A stretch of 32,000 nucleotides of DNA, taken from NCBI GenBank assembly GCA_003144275.1, contig NJBF01000005.1, positions 90,001-122,000 of the forward strand, given 5' to 3'. Positions 19,512 to 28,467 of this stretch are shown here, piece by piece. The notes beneath the pieces were generated by a model. It did no database searches, was not told the origin of the DNA, and was given only the letters and a program-made list of their open reading frames with translations. The DNA is from Candidatus Heimdallarchaeota archaeon B3_Heim. Lineage in GTDB: Archaea > Asgardarchaeota > Heimdallarchaeia > Hodarchaeales > Hodarchaeaceae. The position numbers were made by a program, and so were the translations under genes. How positions within the stretch are numbered: the first letter of the stretch is position 1; every line of letters starts with the position of its first letter.

Positions 19512-19866
19512 GATCATTTTTGTCCGACAAAGCAATATTTCTCGTATTCGCTGACCTCTCTCTCACACAACCTTAAAAGGACTCCCTCCCTTACTTCTTC
19601 AACCCCGAGGTGATGACTAAAATATTTCCTTCGCGCCCAGGGTCTATTCCCTTGTAACTACGTTAGACGAGTTACCCGTCAAAGGCAAGAGAGTTATGGC
19701 CCAACCTGGTTGAAATTCACTAGTGTTTGAGATGTCGCAGTAAGATCTGATTCAAGTAGTCCCAATGGAGGCATACATTCTCTTGTTGCTAACCTGCCGG
19801 ATAGCGGATGTGTGACTCATCCTGTCCAGAACTATTTTCCAAATAGTTGTCTGACAAATCTAGTCA
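19279..19866. repeat. Long imperfect inverted repeat (arms about 19279-19399 and 19748-19866)
   Basis: A 38-nt core matches at 34/38 positions by manual alignment. AAGTAGTCCCAA is an exact 12-mer match, and the ends are partly conserved (CTGAYAA.TYTAGTCA). Confidence 0.9.
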
Positions 19867-19867
19867 G
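19512..19867 (+). mobile_element. 356-bp non-autonomous IS200/IS605-like element (right end/omegaRNA-like, no ORF) inserted inside the tnpB remnant in the opposite orientation
   Basis: Removing 356 bp rejoins ...CSKCG|HVKKQNRK in frame. Positions 19748-19866 are homologous to the host right end. The element ends in a hairpin and TCAG. Boundaries can slide 2 nt because GA occurs at both junctions. Confidence 0.75.
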
Positions 19868-19965
19868 GACCACACTTACTACATTGTTAGGAGGTATATG
19901 CTTCGTTAACACGCACTACAGTAATCCCAACGAGTTTAGCTTTATACTCAAGCATTTTGCCTCAA
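19868..19965 (-). pseudogene. tnpB: tnpB remnant, part A (upstream of the insertion)
   Basis: LRQ/MLEYKAKLVGITVVRVNEAYTS*QCSKCG is the classic TnpB LEYKA..GI.V..V.E.YTS..CS.CG motif. It has an in-frame TAA (19887-19889) and a 1-nt slip before the Met. Confidence 0.9.
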
Positions 19966-20066
19966 CAATCACAATATTCTAATTTCTGCTGAAAAATCAA
20001 CTTAGTGAAATAATAATGATCTATCTTTATCTGTAAATTTGTGGAAATGAAGGAAAGTATCTTTAA

Positions 20067-20963
20067 ATGAGTATAATTGTTGAATATCTTTTACAAGCTT
20101 TATTTTGGGGCGTTATTTTCAATTTTCCCTTATTATTCATAATTATCAAAATAAAATTACTCACCATGCCAGGAGGTATTCTAACAGGGGCAACTATTGC
20201 TATTATGACTTATATTATTTCACCATTTCTTTGGTGCGCTTTATTAGCGTTTTTTCTAACATCCTCACTAATTTCAAAACAGAGCACACCTCAGAAACAG
20301 ATGATTATAGCTGAATTTTCAAAAGATTCCACACGTGATGCCATTCAAGTGCTATCAAATAGCCTTCCAGCTTTATTTTTCGGAATCATATTTTTATCGA
20401 TTGATTTCTTTCCATTCATTGAAAATTCTGGTAATTTTTCCTTTTTATCTGTTTCTCCATTGATATATGCAGCATTTGCGTCACTGGCAACGCATAATTC
20501 CGATACATGGATGACTGAAATAGGAATCAGCACATCAAGTATACCCAGGCTTATAACTAATCTTAAGAAAGAAGTACCAAAAGGTACAAGTGGAGGAGTG
20601 ACACTTAAAGGCACAAGTGCCGGAATAGTAGGTTCTATGATTATATCATTTATATACTTATTACAATTATTACTTCATTCTGATATATCACTTATTCATA
20701 TGATAGTTCAGTTCATTTTCTTAACTTTCGCAGGTACATTAGGTGGTCTTATTGACTCTTTTGAAGGGGCCACGATCCAAGGATTATATTATTGTGAACA
20801 CTGTCAGAAAGTAACTGAAAGGCAAATTCATAGATGTGGAAATAAAACAAATTTTTTCAAGGGATATCGTTTAGTGACAAATGACCTTGTGAATATCAGT
20901 TCTGCACTATTCAGCGGAATTATCGCTCTAATTGGATTCTCAATAATTGAGGGAATTTTCTAG
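20067..20963 (+). CDS. DUF92 / TMEM19 family membrane protein
   Basis: RDAIQVLSNS, SDTWMTEIG, GTSGGVTLKG, GGLIDSFEGATIQ..C..C..TE..H.CG, NDLVN; multiple TM helices. Confidence 0.88.
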   Translation: MSIIVEYLLQALFWGVIFNFPLLFIIIKIKLLTMPGGILTGATIAIMTYIISPFLWCALLAFFLTSSLISKQSTPQKQMIIAEFSKDSTRDAIQVLSNSLPALFFGIIFLSIDFFPFIENSGNFSFLSVSPLIYAAFASLATHNSDTWMTEIGISTSSIPRLITNLKKEVPKGTSGGVTLKGTSAGIVGSMIISFIYLLQLLLHSDISLIHMIVQFIFLTFAGTLGGLIDSFEGATIQGLYYCEHCQKVTERQIHRCGNKTNFFKGYRLVTNDLVNISSALFSGIIALIGFSIIEGIF

Positions 20964-21016
20964 AAAATCTAGACTTGTTCAATATCCTACAATCACGCTT
21001 CTCATCTAAAGTCCAG

Positions 21017-22129
21017 TTAGCTATAGATCTGAAAAGGACGCCTCTCGAGTATGTATTTCGCAGCCTCAATACTTGTTTGGACCAAAGGACTCACGGAATC
21101 AGGAGGGGAGTACCCGGCCAATCGAGTCTTGAACAGGCTGTCAATTAGTATCCCTAATGCAATGTGAAAATCAAATGTTGTACCTTCTGGATAATAATCG
21201 GGAAAATACACTCCATTATAAGAACATGTATAATCATAGCCTTTACAAAACAATTCGATATCTGATACTGTTTTATCAAAATTTTGGGTAAGAGAAAAGT
21301 CGTTATAGGCGAATTTTGAAAAAAACGTTCCTACGTCCTCTGCACGATCAACAAAACTGTCTCTTTCTATAAAAGCAGGATCAATAAGGTATATGATTGT
21401 TTTATCTATTCGGATATCGCCTGTATTTGCATGAGATGTATCTGATTCATAGAACATTAAATTACCAGGGTGAAAATCACCAAAACAATGGGCTCCTGCT
21501 AAGCTTAGACCCATTTGCTTTAAAGGATGTTTAAATAGATAATTTAGCTCATCTCGATCATTTGGAGATATATTTAATCCATTTAAGGTTTCTGTTATCA
21601 GATGTAGGTAACGATCGACGACAATTTTTTGCTCGAAAAGACCATGAATATAGGGGAGCGCACTCCCTGCAAGAAAAAGCTTTTGAGGTAGGTCTAATTC
21701 ATTCTCAAAGAACTCAGTGGGGTTTGATAGTCCTTCATAGATTAATAAGGAATGTTCTTTAGAAAAATACAATAATTGCGCAGTTTTAAGTCTATTATTA
21801 GTTTTTAAAAGATCTTCTAGCCAAGCTGCTCCATTAGCTTCCTCGATCGCTGCATCTGAGTTTTCGTGAAATTTAAAAGCCAGATCGACTTTAAATTCTC
21901 TATTATGAAGCGCATCACAGACAGATACTGTCATTAATTGTAATTCTTTCCTCTTACCTAATCTTCTACCTAATTCTAAGTTTGACAGACGATCAACAGG
22001 AAAGAATGCGCCTGTTTTATCCCTCAGAAGATTCTCAAGTTGTCTTAAAAAATATTTGGATAATACACGAAGCAACTCAAGCTTAAGCTGTTCTTCAGCG
22101 AGTATGTCAGTAGCCATTCGTTGAAACAC
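21017..22129 (-). CDS. APH/choline-kinase-like phosphotransferase (protein kinase-like fold)
   Basis: LAFKF (ATP Lys), AIEEAN (helix C Glu), GDFHPGNLM catalytic loop, YLIDP Mg-binding motif, EDVGTF. ATG 22117 is an alternative start. Confidence 0.78.
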   Translation of the reverse strand: MFQRMATDILAEEQLKLELLRVLSKYFLRQLENLLRDKTGAFFPVDRLSNLELGRRLGKRKELQLMTVSVCDALHNREFKVDLAFKFHENSDAAIEEANGAAWLEDLLKTNNRLKTAQLLYFSKEHSLLIYEGLSNPTEFFENELDLPQKLFLAGSALPYIHGLFEQKIVVDRYLHLITETLNGLNISPNDRDELNYLFKHPLKQMGLSLAGAHCFGDFHPGNLMFYESDTSHANTGDIRIDKTIIYLIDPAFIERDSFVDRAEDVGTFFSKFAYNDFSLTQNFDKTVSDIELFCKGYDYTCSYNGVYFPDYYPEGTTFDFHIALGILIDSLFKTRLAGYSPPDSVSPLVQTSIEAAKYILERRPFQIYS

Positions 22130-22535
22130 CCGAGAAAAAAATATTGACTAGCAAATCTATTTAGAAATACTAGGAATTCAACTCTGAAATAACATAAAGA
22201 GGGAATATCAGTTACGAAACTTTGTTCATTTTCTATTGAGTGCCTAAGAATTAAAAAATTAAACTTTAAAAGGAGTTCCCTTATTTGATTAAATGTGGTG
22301 AATTATTGTGGTAAATAGCTGGGATCGTTTTGTTACTCCTTCTACATCAATCCGCTAAAAGGAAACCACAGTTTATTCTCATACAACATAATTTATTAGA
22401 CTTATTTGGTAATAAGCCTGTATTGTCTAAGTACGATTTTTATTATTTCGATTTTTCTGGCATTCATTACTTTGTTAGACAAAATAATTCAAAAGAACAG
22501 GCCCCAAGCCAAATATATGATCTGAGGAGAAAACC

Positions 22536-25115
22536 ATGGCACTAAAACCAAAAATCACGATGAAACGGTGGAAAGCAAGTAATGAAAGAGAGATTATCCA
22601 ATATTGGTCTGAATCTGAAACATTTAAATTTATTGAGGACTCCAAAAAGCCTGTTTACATTATTGATACTCCTCCTCCTTATGTGTCGGGTCGTGCACAT
22701 CTAGGATTCGCTATTCATTATGCTCAAATTGACATGATCGCACGTTATTATCGAATGCAAGGAAAGAATGTTATATTTCCAGCCTGTGCTGATAGGAATG
22801 GGTTACCTGTAGAAGTTAAAGTAGAACAAAAGCTCAATAAATCAATGCATGAAATGGATAGAGAAGAATTTCTACAGATTTGCAAACGAGAACTAGACAT
22901 AGCAGAAGAAAACACCATTCAAGTTATGAAATGGATGGGACTCTCCTGTAATTCATTTTATGGTTCACCAGAGATATATTATCAGACAGACTCCCCTCAG
23001 TATCGACTTAATACGCAACGCACATTCCTTAGAGCTTGGCATACTGGACTGATCACACATGCAACAAGACCGAATAACTGGTGCATTGATTGTGGGACAA
23101 CTATAGCTGATGCGGAAATTGAATACACAGAAAATGAATCATTCTTACATGAAATAATTTTCAATGTTGAAAATTCTGATGAAACTATAACAATTTCCAC
23201 AACAAGACCAGAGTTAATACCTACATGTGAGTTAATAATCTATCATCCAACTGATTCAAGATACACAGATTTAGAGGGGAAATACGCCCTTACTCCCTTA
23301 TTCAAGAAAAAAATTCCCATTCGGAAACATAGGGAAGCAGATCCTGAATTTGGAACAGGAATCATGATGATTTGTGCCTTTGGGGATAAATCTGATGTAA
23401 AAATACTTCGGGAAGAAAGGATCACCAATCCAAAGACAGTTATAGATGCAGATGGACGAATAAACGAGGTAGGAGAAAAATATAGCGGGATGTTAGTGAA
23501 AGAGGCACAAGCTGCAATCATCGAAGATTTAAAGAAGAATGGATCCCTCATACAATCCACTAAGACACTAAGAAGGGTACCAGTCTGTTGGAGATCCAAA
23601 ACGCCTATCGAAATTATTGCTATGGAAGAGTATTATATTAAACAACTTGAAGTCATTCCTGAGATAAAAAAAATTGTAGAAAAAATGGATTTCTTCCCCA
23701 AATCAAACAAAATCATATTAGATAATTGGATTAGCACAATCAATACTGATTGGGCTATTAGTCGAAGACGATTTTATGGGACTTCAATTCCGATTTGGTA
23801 CTGCTCAAAGTGTCAAACCCCGAATGTACCGAAAGAGGAAGAACTAGATCGATATTATGATGCATGGAAAGAACAATCACCAATGATCAAATGCATAAAG
23901 TGTGGAAAATCTCTGAAGGATGCTCAGGGAGAAGTAAGAACGTTTGATACTTGGTTTGATTCTTCTATTTCTGAATTAGCAGCATGTAACTTTGGAGAAA
24001 TATTTTTTCAGGATAAGGAACAACAATTTTTTGAAAAAAACTTCCCCTGTTCTGTTCGTCCCCAAGGGAAAGAAATTGTAAGAACATGGTTGTTTTATAC
24101 CATACTTAGATCATTTCATCTGTTCAAGAAACCTCCATTTAGACAAGTATGGATTTCAGGCTTAGTACGAGATCCGTATGGTGGAAAAATGTCAAAAAGT
24201 GAGGGAAATAGTGTTGATCCTTTATTATTCCTCCAACCTCAAGTTATACCTAAAAATACTCCAAAAACTCTCCGCCCAGACAAAGATAGTTGGAAAGTAA
24301 TTGCAAAATTAGAATCTTCTCCAAAATTTTCTGGAAAACAAACACCCAATCTGTATTATGGAGCGGATAGTGTAAGACTCACCTCATGTCTCCAAGGAAG
24401 TCATGGCTCAGATATTCGATTTTCTTTATCGAAACTAGATGGAAATGCTAAATTTATAACAAAATTATGGAATATTTCAAGGTTCATTTCAATTTTCCCA
24501 AATGAAGATCGTCCTAAAAAACTAGAAGCTGTGGATCAATGGCTTCTAGCCAGTTTAGACGCTCTCACTAGTAGATGCTTGAACGGGTATGCCAAGCTTG
24601 ATTTCTCAGTTCCAGCAGAAAATCTCTATAATTGGGTCTGGAATCTATTCGCAGCACACTATATTGAACTTGTCAAATCTCGTGCCTATGGAGAAGAAAA
24701 CATGTCAAAAATTTCAATACAAAGTGCACGTTATAGTTTACACACCTCTCTTCAGGCAATCTTGAAACTGCTAGCTCCTATTGTACCTTTTGTGACAGAA
24801 AAGATTTTTCAATCATTATATGATCCTGAAATTAGTATTCATCTTGAAAATTTGCCTCAACCAGACAATCCTAGTACAGAAGAGCAATCAATAACTGAAG
24901 ATCTTCTTACACTCGATTCTGCTATTTGGAAAGCAAAAAAAGACAAAGCTCTATCCTTAAAAGAGCCTGTTAGTCTTGTTTTCATACCAAAATCTTTAGA
25001 AAATTTCACTAATGATCTAAAAATCATGCACAATATCGTAACGATCAAAATGGGTGAACCAGATAATTCTATTGAAGGCTTAATTACCAAAAAAAACTGT
25101 TCGCTTAAGCTCTAA
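22536..25115 (+). CDS. valS: Valine--tRNA ligase (archaeal type)
   Basis: IDTPPPYVSG-HLGF, editing domain TTRPEL and DPEFGTG..MICAFGD, DWAISRRRFYG, FDTWFDSS, KMSKS. Confidence 0.95.
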   Translation: MALKPKITMKRWKASNEREIIQYWSESETFKFIEDSKKPVYIIDTPPPYVSGRAHLGFAIHYAQIDMIARYYRMQGKNVIFPACADRNGLPVEVKVEQKLNKSMHEMDREEFLQICKRELDIAEENTIQVMKWMGLSCNSFYGSPEIYYQTDSPQYRLNTQRTFLRAWHTGLITHATRPNNWCIDCGTTIADAEIEYTENESFLHEIIFNVENSDETITISTTRPELIPTCELIIYHPTDSRYTDLEGKYALTPLFKKKIPIRKHREADPEFGTGIMMICAFGDKSDVKILREERITNPKTVIDADGRINEVGEKYSGMLVKEAQAAIIEDLKKNGSLIQSTKTLRRVPVCWRSKTPIEIIAMEEYYIKQLEVIPEIKKIVEKMDFFPKSNKIILDNWISTINTDWAISRRRFYGTSIPIWYCSKCQTPNVPKEEELDRYYDAWKEQSPMIKCIKCGKSLKDAQGEVRTFDTWFDSSISELAACNFGEIFFQDKEQQFFEKNFPCSVRPQGKEIVRTWLFYTILRSFHLFKKPPFRQVWISGLVRDPYGGKMSKSEGNSVDPLLFLQPQVIPKNTPKTLRPDKDSWKVIAKLESSPKFSGKQTPNLYYGADSVRLTSCLQGSHGSDIRFSLSKLDGNAKFITKLWNISRFISIFPNEDRPKKLEAVDQWLLASLDALTSRCLNGYAKLDFSVPAENLYNWVWNLFAAHYIELVKSRAYGEENMSKISIQSARYSLHTSLQAILKLLAPIVPFVTEKIFQSLYDPEISIHLENLPQPDNPSTEEQSITEDLLTLDSAIWKAKKDKALSLKEPVSLVFIPKSLENFTNDLKIMHNIVTIKMGEPDNSIEGLITKKNCSLKL

Positions 25116-25134
25116 GCAGGTAGGAAAGACCAAT

Positions 25135-25488
25135 ATGGGAAAAAAAAAGGAACCTGATCTATCCAAAATGAGTCAACTATTGCTATCAGGTGCAACTATG
25201 CTAGGGGAATCTTGTCCTGATTGTGCAGTTCCTCTCTTTAAAAAGAATGAAAACATTTTCTGTCCTAATTGCGAACGAAAAGCTGTTTATATTAAAAACA
25301 AGGATGAAATCAAAAAAATAGAGCAAACAATATCTCTGGGTGACGCAACTAATCAACTTAGAGATGTATTAATAGGAAAAATTACCCTCCTAACCAACCA
25401 ACTAGCTTCAGAGGATACTCCCAACGAAATAACCAATACTTTAGAGATTATAGAAAAAATACTCAATATAATCCAGAAAATCTCATAA
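25135..25488 (+). CDS. UPF0148 / Sjogren-scleroderma autoantigen p27 family Zn-ribbon protein
   Basis: MSQLLLSGATMLGESCPDCAVPLFK...CPNC followed by a coiled coil. Confidence 0.85.
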   Translation: MGKKKEPDLSKMSQLLLSGATMLGESCPDCAVPLFKKNENIFCPNCERKAVYIKNKDEIKKIEQTISLGDATNQLRDVLIGKITLLTNQLASEDTPNEITNTLEIIEKILNIIQKIS

Positions 25489-25544
25489 GTTACAATTAAG
25501 CCGAAATCAAGAGAAAATCAGTTAAATTTAAACAGTTGTACACC

Positions 25545-25895
25545 TTATCGTGATTGTAGCACCTGGAAGAAGTGGATGATCTCTTCTTGGATCTCATTTC
25601 TTAATCTTATTACATCATTAACTTCAATTGGTTCAGAGTGTTTGATTGTAACGTTCAATTGTACAACATTACCTATTGCCTGGACATTCTCAGCCTTTAC
25701 CGTGAATTCTGTATCTAAACCCTTTATAATCAAGGAAATCGAAGGTGACGGTATCTGAATTCTAACATTTCGAATTACTCCAACCATCCGTGCATCACTA
25801 TCAATAACGGCTTTCCCAATGAGTTGACCGGGAAAAACTAATTCGTATAGTTCCAAATCTATATCTAATGGTTGTTTTGTCATTATCCATACCAT
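25545..25895 (-). CDS. PRC-barrel domain protein
   Basis: LIGKAVIDSDARMVGVIRNVRI...VKAENVQAIGNVVQL fits the PRC-barrel pattern. Confidence 0.75.
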   Translation of the reverse strand: MVWIMTKQPLDIDLELYELVFPGQLIGKAVIDSDARMVGVIRNVRIQIPSPSISLIIKGLDTEFTVKAENVQAIGNVVQLNVTIKHSEPIEVNDVIRLRNEIQEEIIHFFQVLQSR

Positions 25896-26093
25896 TTACA
25901 ATGTGTATATTGTTTTCAAACATTTCTGAGTAGGTCTTCCAGTCCAAGAATCATGTTAAAAAATTGTGTCATTAAATTATTAAAATATTGCAAAAGGGGG
26001 CCGAATGTAAAATAATCAACCCATCCTCAACTAAAAAAGGGTATTTCTGTTCCTTACGGTAAAACTGAATTTCTACATCCATGGTGAAAACAA

Positions 26094-28268
26094 ATGTCCC
26101 CCATCATCCTAGACCGACTAATGAATGATCTTCGAGAGCGATATAGTGCAGCAACAACGACGATAAGTAGAGAAATGGTGTTCTGCTATACAGCATTGAT
26201 ATTTATCTTTGTTTTAGCTTTTATAGTTCGAATTTTAGCAATGCTAAGACCCTATGAAATTATACTAGCAGCAAACGATCCTTTTTCTCAACTTAGAGCA
26301 GCGCAATATATCGAAACAAATGGACTAGCAGCATTTTTTAGTTGGGTTGACCCTCAAACATGGTATCCAGAAGGTCGTTATTGGGGACAATCACAATATA
26401 TCGGAACACCCCTTTCAGCAGTAATCTTACATCAGCTAGTTCTGTTGCTTGGAATTCCGGCTTCATTAGAATTTGTAGCATATTTGCAGCCTCCATTATT
26501 TGGAGCACTTACCTGTGTGGCAATATACTTCCTGGGAAAAGAAATTGCAAACAAGAAAGTTGGCTTATTAGCAGCTTTATTTCTCTCAGTCTCTGCAGGC
26601 CATCTACAACGTACTATTGCAGGCTTTTTTGATAATGAAGCTTTTGGTATTTTACTCTTAGTCTTAATCTTATACTTTTATGCCCGAGCTTTAAGAACAG
26701 GATCTGCATCCATGACTGTGTTTGCAGGTATTAGTTTAGGAATCTTATCCGGCTCTTGGGGAGCCTCCACATATATATTCAGTCTATTAGCCCTTCATGC
26801 ATTTGTTTTAATATTAATGAGAAAAGATTCAGATCGACTATTGCTAGCGTACGGTGGCTCAATTACGATTGGCTCTTTTATCATGACCCTTATACCCAGA
26901 AACGGACCTGGATCGATTTTATCGACTGATGGATTGGTTCCACTTGGAGTTGTCGCTTTACTAATCTTAGTAACACTCTATAGAAATATAACAGCAATAT
27001 ATGATCTTACTGATGTTAAAGTACGAATAAGACCGTATTTTCCAATTATTGGATTGGGAATTGTTATAGGTATAGCGGTACTTCTCCTTTCAGGAGTTGT
27101 GACCAATATATCATCAAAATTTATTACAGTCCTCTTCCCCTTCTTTAGAGATGAAACACCAATTCTTAAATCAGTTAGTGAACATCAATTGGTTTCTTGG
27201 GCAGGTTTCTTCCGAAACAATGGTATCCTATTATTCTTGCTACCATTGGCTATGTATTACTTGTATGAGAAACCAACGGAGAGAAATTTGTTACTGCTAA
27301 TCTTTGGATTTACTGCAATATATTTCGCTGGCTCTATGGTACGATTGGCACTGATTTTGGCACCCGCAGCCGCATTACTAGCCGCAAAGGCCATTGATCA
27401 AACTCTATTACCTTTTGTGTTAACATTCCAAGAGCGTTTTGCGTTAAGTCGAAGGAAAACACGACTCGTCCAACCCATGTCTAATGAACACACAGCGATC
27501 GCGTTTTCATTCATTGGTCTCTTCTTATTATTTTCAGTCCTTAACGCGACACAAGCAGCAATTGATTCGACTCAAGCTCCTTCCATACTTACAATTGTTC
27601 CTGGTAGTGGAGGTCAATCGTTAATCATCGGTAATGATTGGCAAGAAGCCATTGGATGGTTAGATTACCATACAACAGTAAATGATGTCACCGCTTCATG
27701 GTGGGACTATGGTTATTGGATAAGTGGAAATTCAAATGCCACAATCTTGGTGGACAATGCTACAATCAACAGCACCAAAATAGGAAATGTTGGGTGCATG
27801 TTGGTTCTCAACCCGCGGCAATCATTGAAGATAGCTAAATTATACGATGTGACATATATTGCCCTTCTTGTATCCGATGGGTATGGAACTTACGGATTGG
27901 ATTCTGATCTTGGAAAAGTTCCATGGTTCGTCCGTATCGGAGAACAAAGTGGAAATATCTTCCAGATCGATCAAGATGATTATTTAGAATTTGATTCAAG
28001 AGGCCAATATATCACTGGATATGTCGATAAGTTCTATGATTCTGTCTTTTGGGCTCTCTTCACAGCTGGAGTTTCAGAGGAAGCTTATAGTAGTCGAATT
28101 ACTCAATATAGTCCAATTATAGACAACGCTCCTGCAGCTCGAGGTTTTTCACCTGAATATGCAGAGTATGCAAACTATTACGAACTTGCATACAAAACAG
28201 CTCATGATTGGATCTATATCTATAAGATTTTGTGGGATGTCATACCCCCAGGTGCTATAGCACCCTAG
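26094..28268 (+). CDS. aglB: Oligosaccharyltransferase AglB/STT3
   Basis: NDPF, FDNEAFG, SVSEHQ, YFAGSMVRL, WWDYGYWI, DNAT, DLGKVPWFVRIG; many TM helices. Confidence 0.96.
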   Translation: MSPIILDRLMNDLRERYSAATTTISREMVFCYTALIFIFVLAFIVRILAMLRPYEIILAANDPFSQLRAAQYIETNGLAAFFSWVDPQTWYPEGRYWGQSQYIGTPLSAVILHQLVLLLGIPASLEFVAYLQPPLFGALTCVAIYFLGKEIANKKVGLLAALFLSVSAGHLQRTIAGFFDNEAFGILLLVLILYFYARALRTGSASMTVFAGISLGILSGSWGASTYIFSLLALHAFVLILMRKDSDRLLLAYGGSITIGSFIMTLIPRNGPGSILSTDGLVPLGVVALLILVTLYRNITAIYDLTDVKVRIRPYFPIIGLGIVIGIAVLLLSGVVTNISSKFITVLFPFFRDETPILKSVSEHQLVSWAGFFRNNGILLFLLPLAMYYLYEKPTERNLLLLIFGFTAIYFAGSMVRLALILAPAAALLAAKAIDQTLLPFVLTFQERFALSRRKTRLVQPMSNEHTAIAFSFIGLFLLFSVLNATQAAIDSTQAPSILTIVPGSGGQSLIIGNDWQEAIGWLDYHTTVNDVTASWWDYGYWISGNSNATILVDNATINSTKIGNVGCMLVLNPRQSLKIAKLYDVTYIALLVSDGYGTYGLDSDLGKVPWFVRIGEQSGNIFQIDQDDYLEFDSRGQYITGYVDKFYDSVFWALFTAGVSEEAYSSRITQYSPIIDNAPAARGFSPEYAEYANYYELAYKTAHDWIYIYKILWDVIPPGAIAP

Positions 28269-28285
28269 AATGCGTATATACTCAT

Positions 28286-28317
28286 GGAGAACCACGTGTT
28301 CTCCCATAGCTCTTTTT
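28286..28317 (+). terminator. Possible terminator-like hairpin plus T-run after aglB
   Basis: GGAGAAC-cacgt-GTTCTCC is a perfect 7-bp stem, followed by a T5 tract at 28313-28317. Confidence 0.3.
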
Positions 28318-28467
28318 CCTCCTCATATTCTCGAACTCCTCAGTAGCAAAATGAATTATAAAGTAGGATTTCGAGGAACTAACTTCATGATTGCTAGGTT
28401 AATTATAGACTACCTAGTCCCAAGCAATTTTGTTTAACAATACTGGATAATAAGGAGCACTAATATC

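Noticed and set aside
19291-19566. 91-aa ORF as an intact gene
   Set aside because: It is a chimera of the insert's reverse strand and the tnpB C-terminal fragment, with no upstream RuvC motifs.
19657-19664. ACTACGTT word resembling the HEARO/IscB omegaRNA
   Set aside because: Other HEARO hallmarks and any IscB coding sequence are absent, so an 8-mer match is not enough.
19610-19750. Box C (GTGATGA) and box D (CTGA) suggesting a C/D sRNA
   Set aside because: They are about 140 nt apart with no clear C'/D' boxes or terminal stem, too long for a typical archaeal C/D guide.
22330-22545. 71-aa ORF upstream of valS
   Set aside because: TTG start, low-complexity AT-rich intergenic composition and no motifs; probably spurious.
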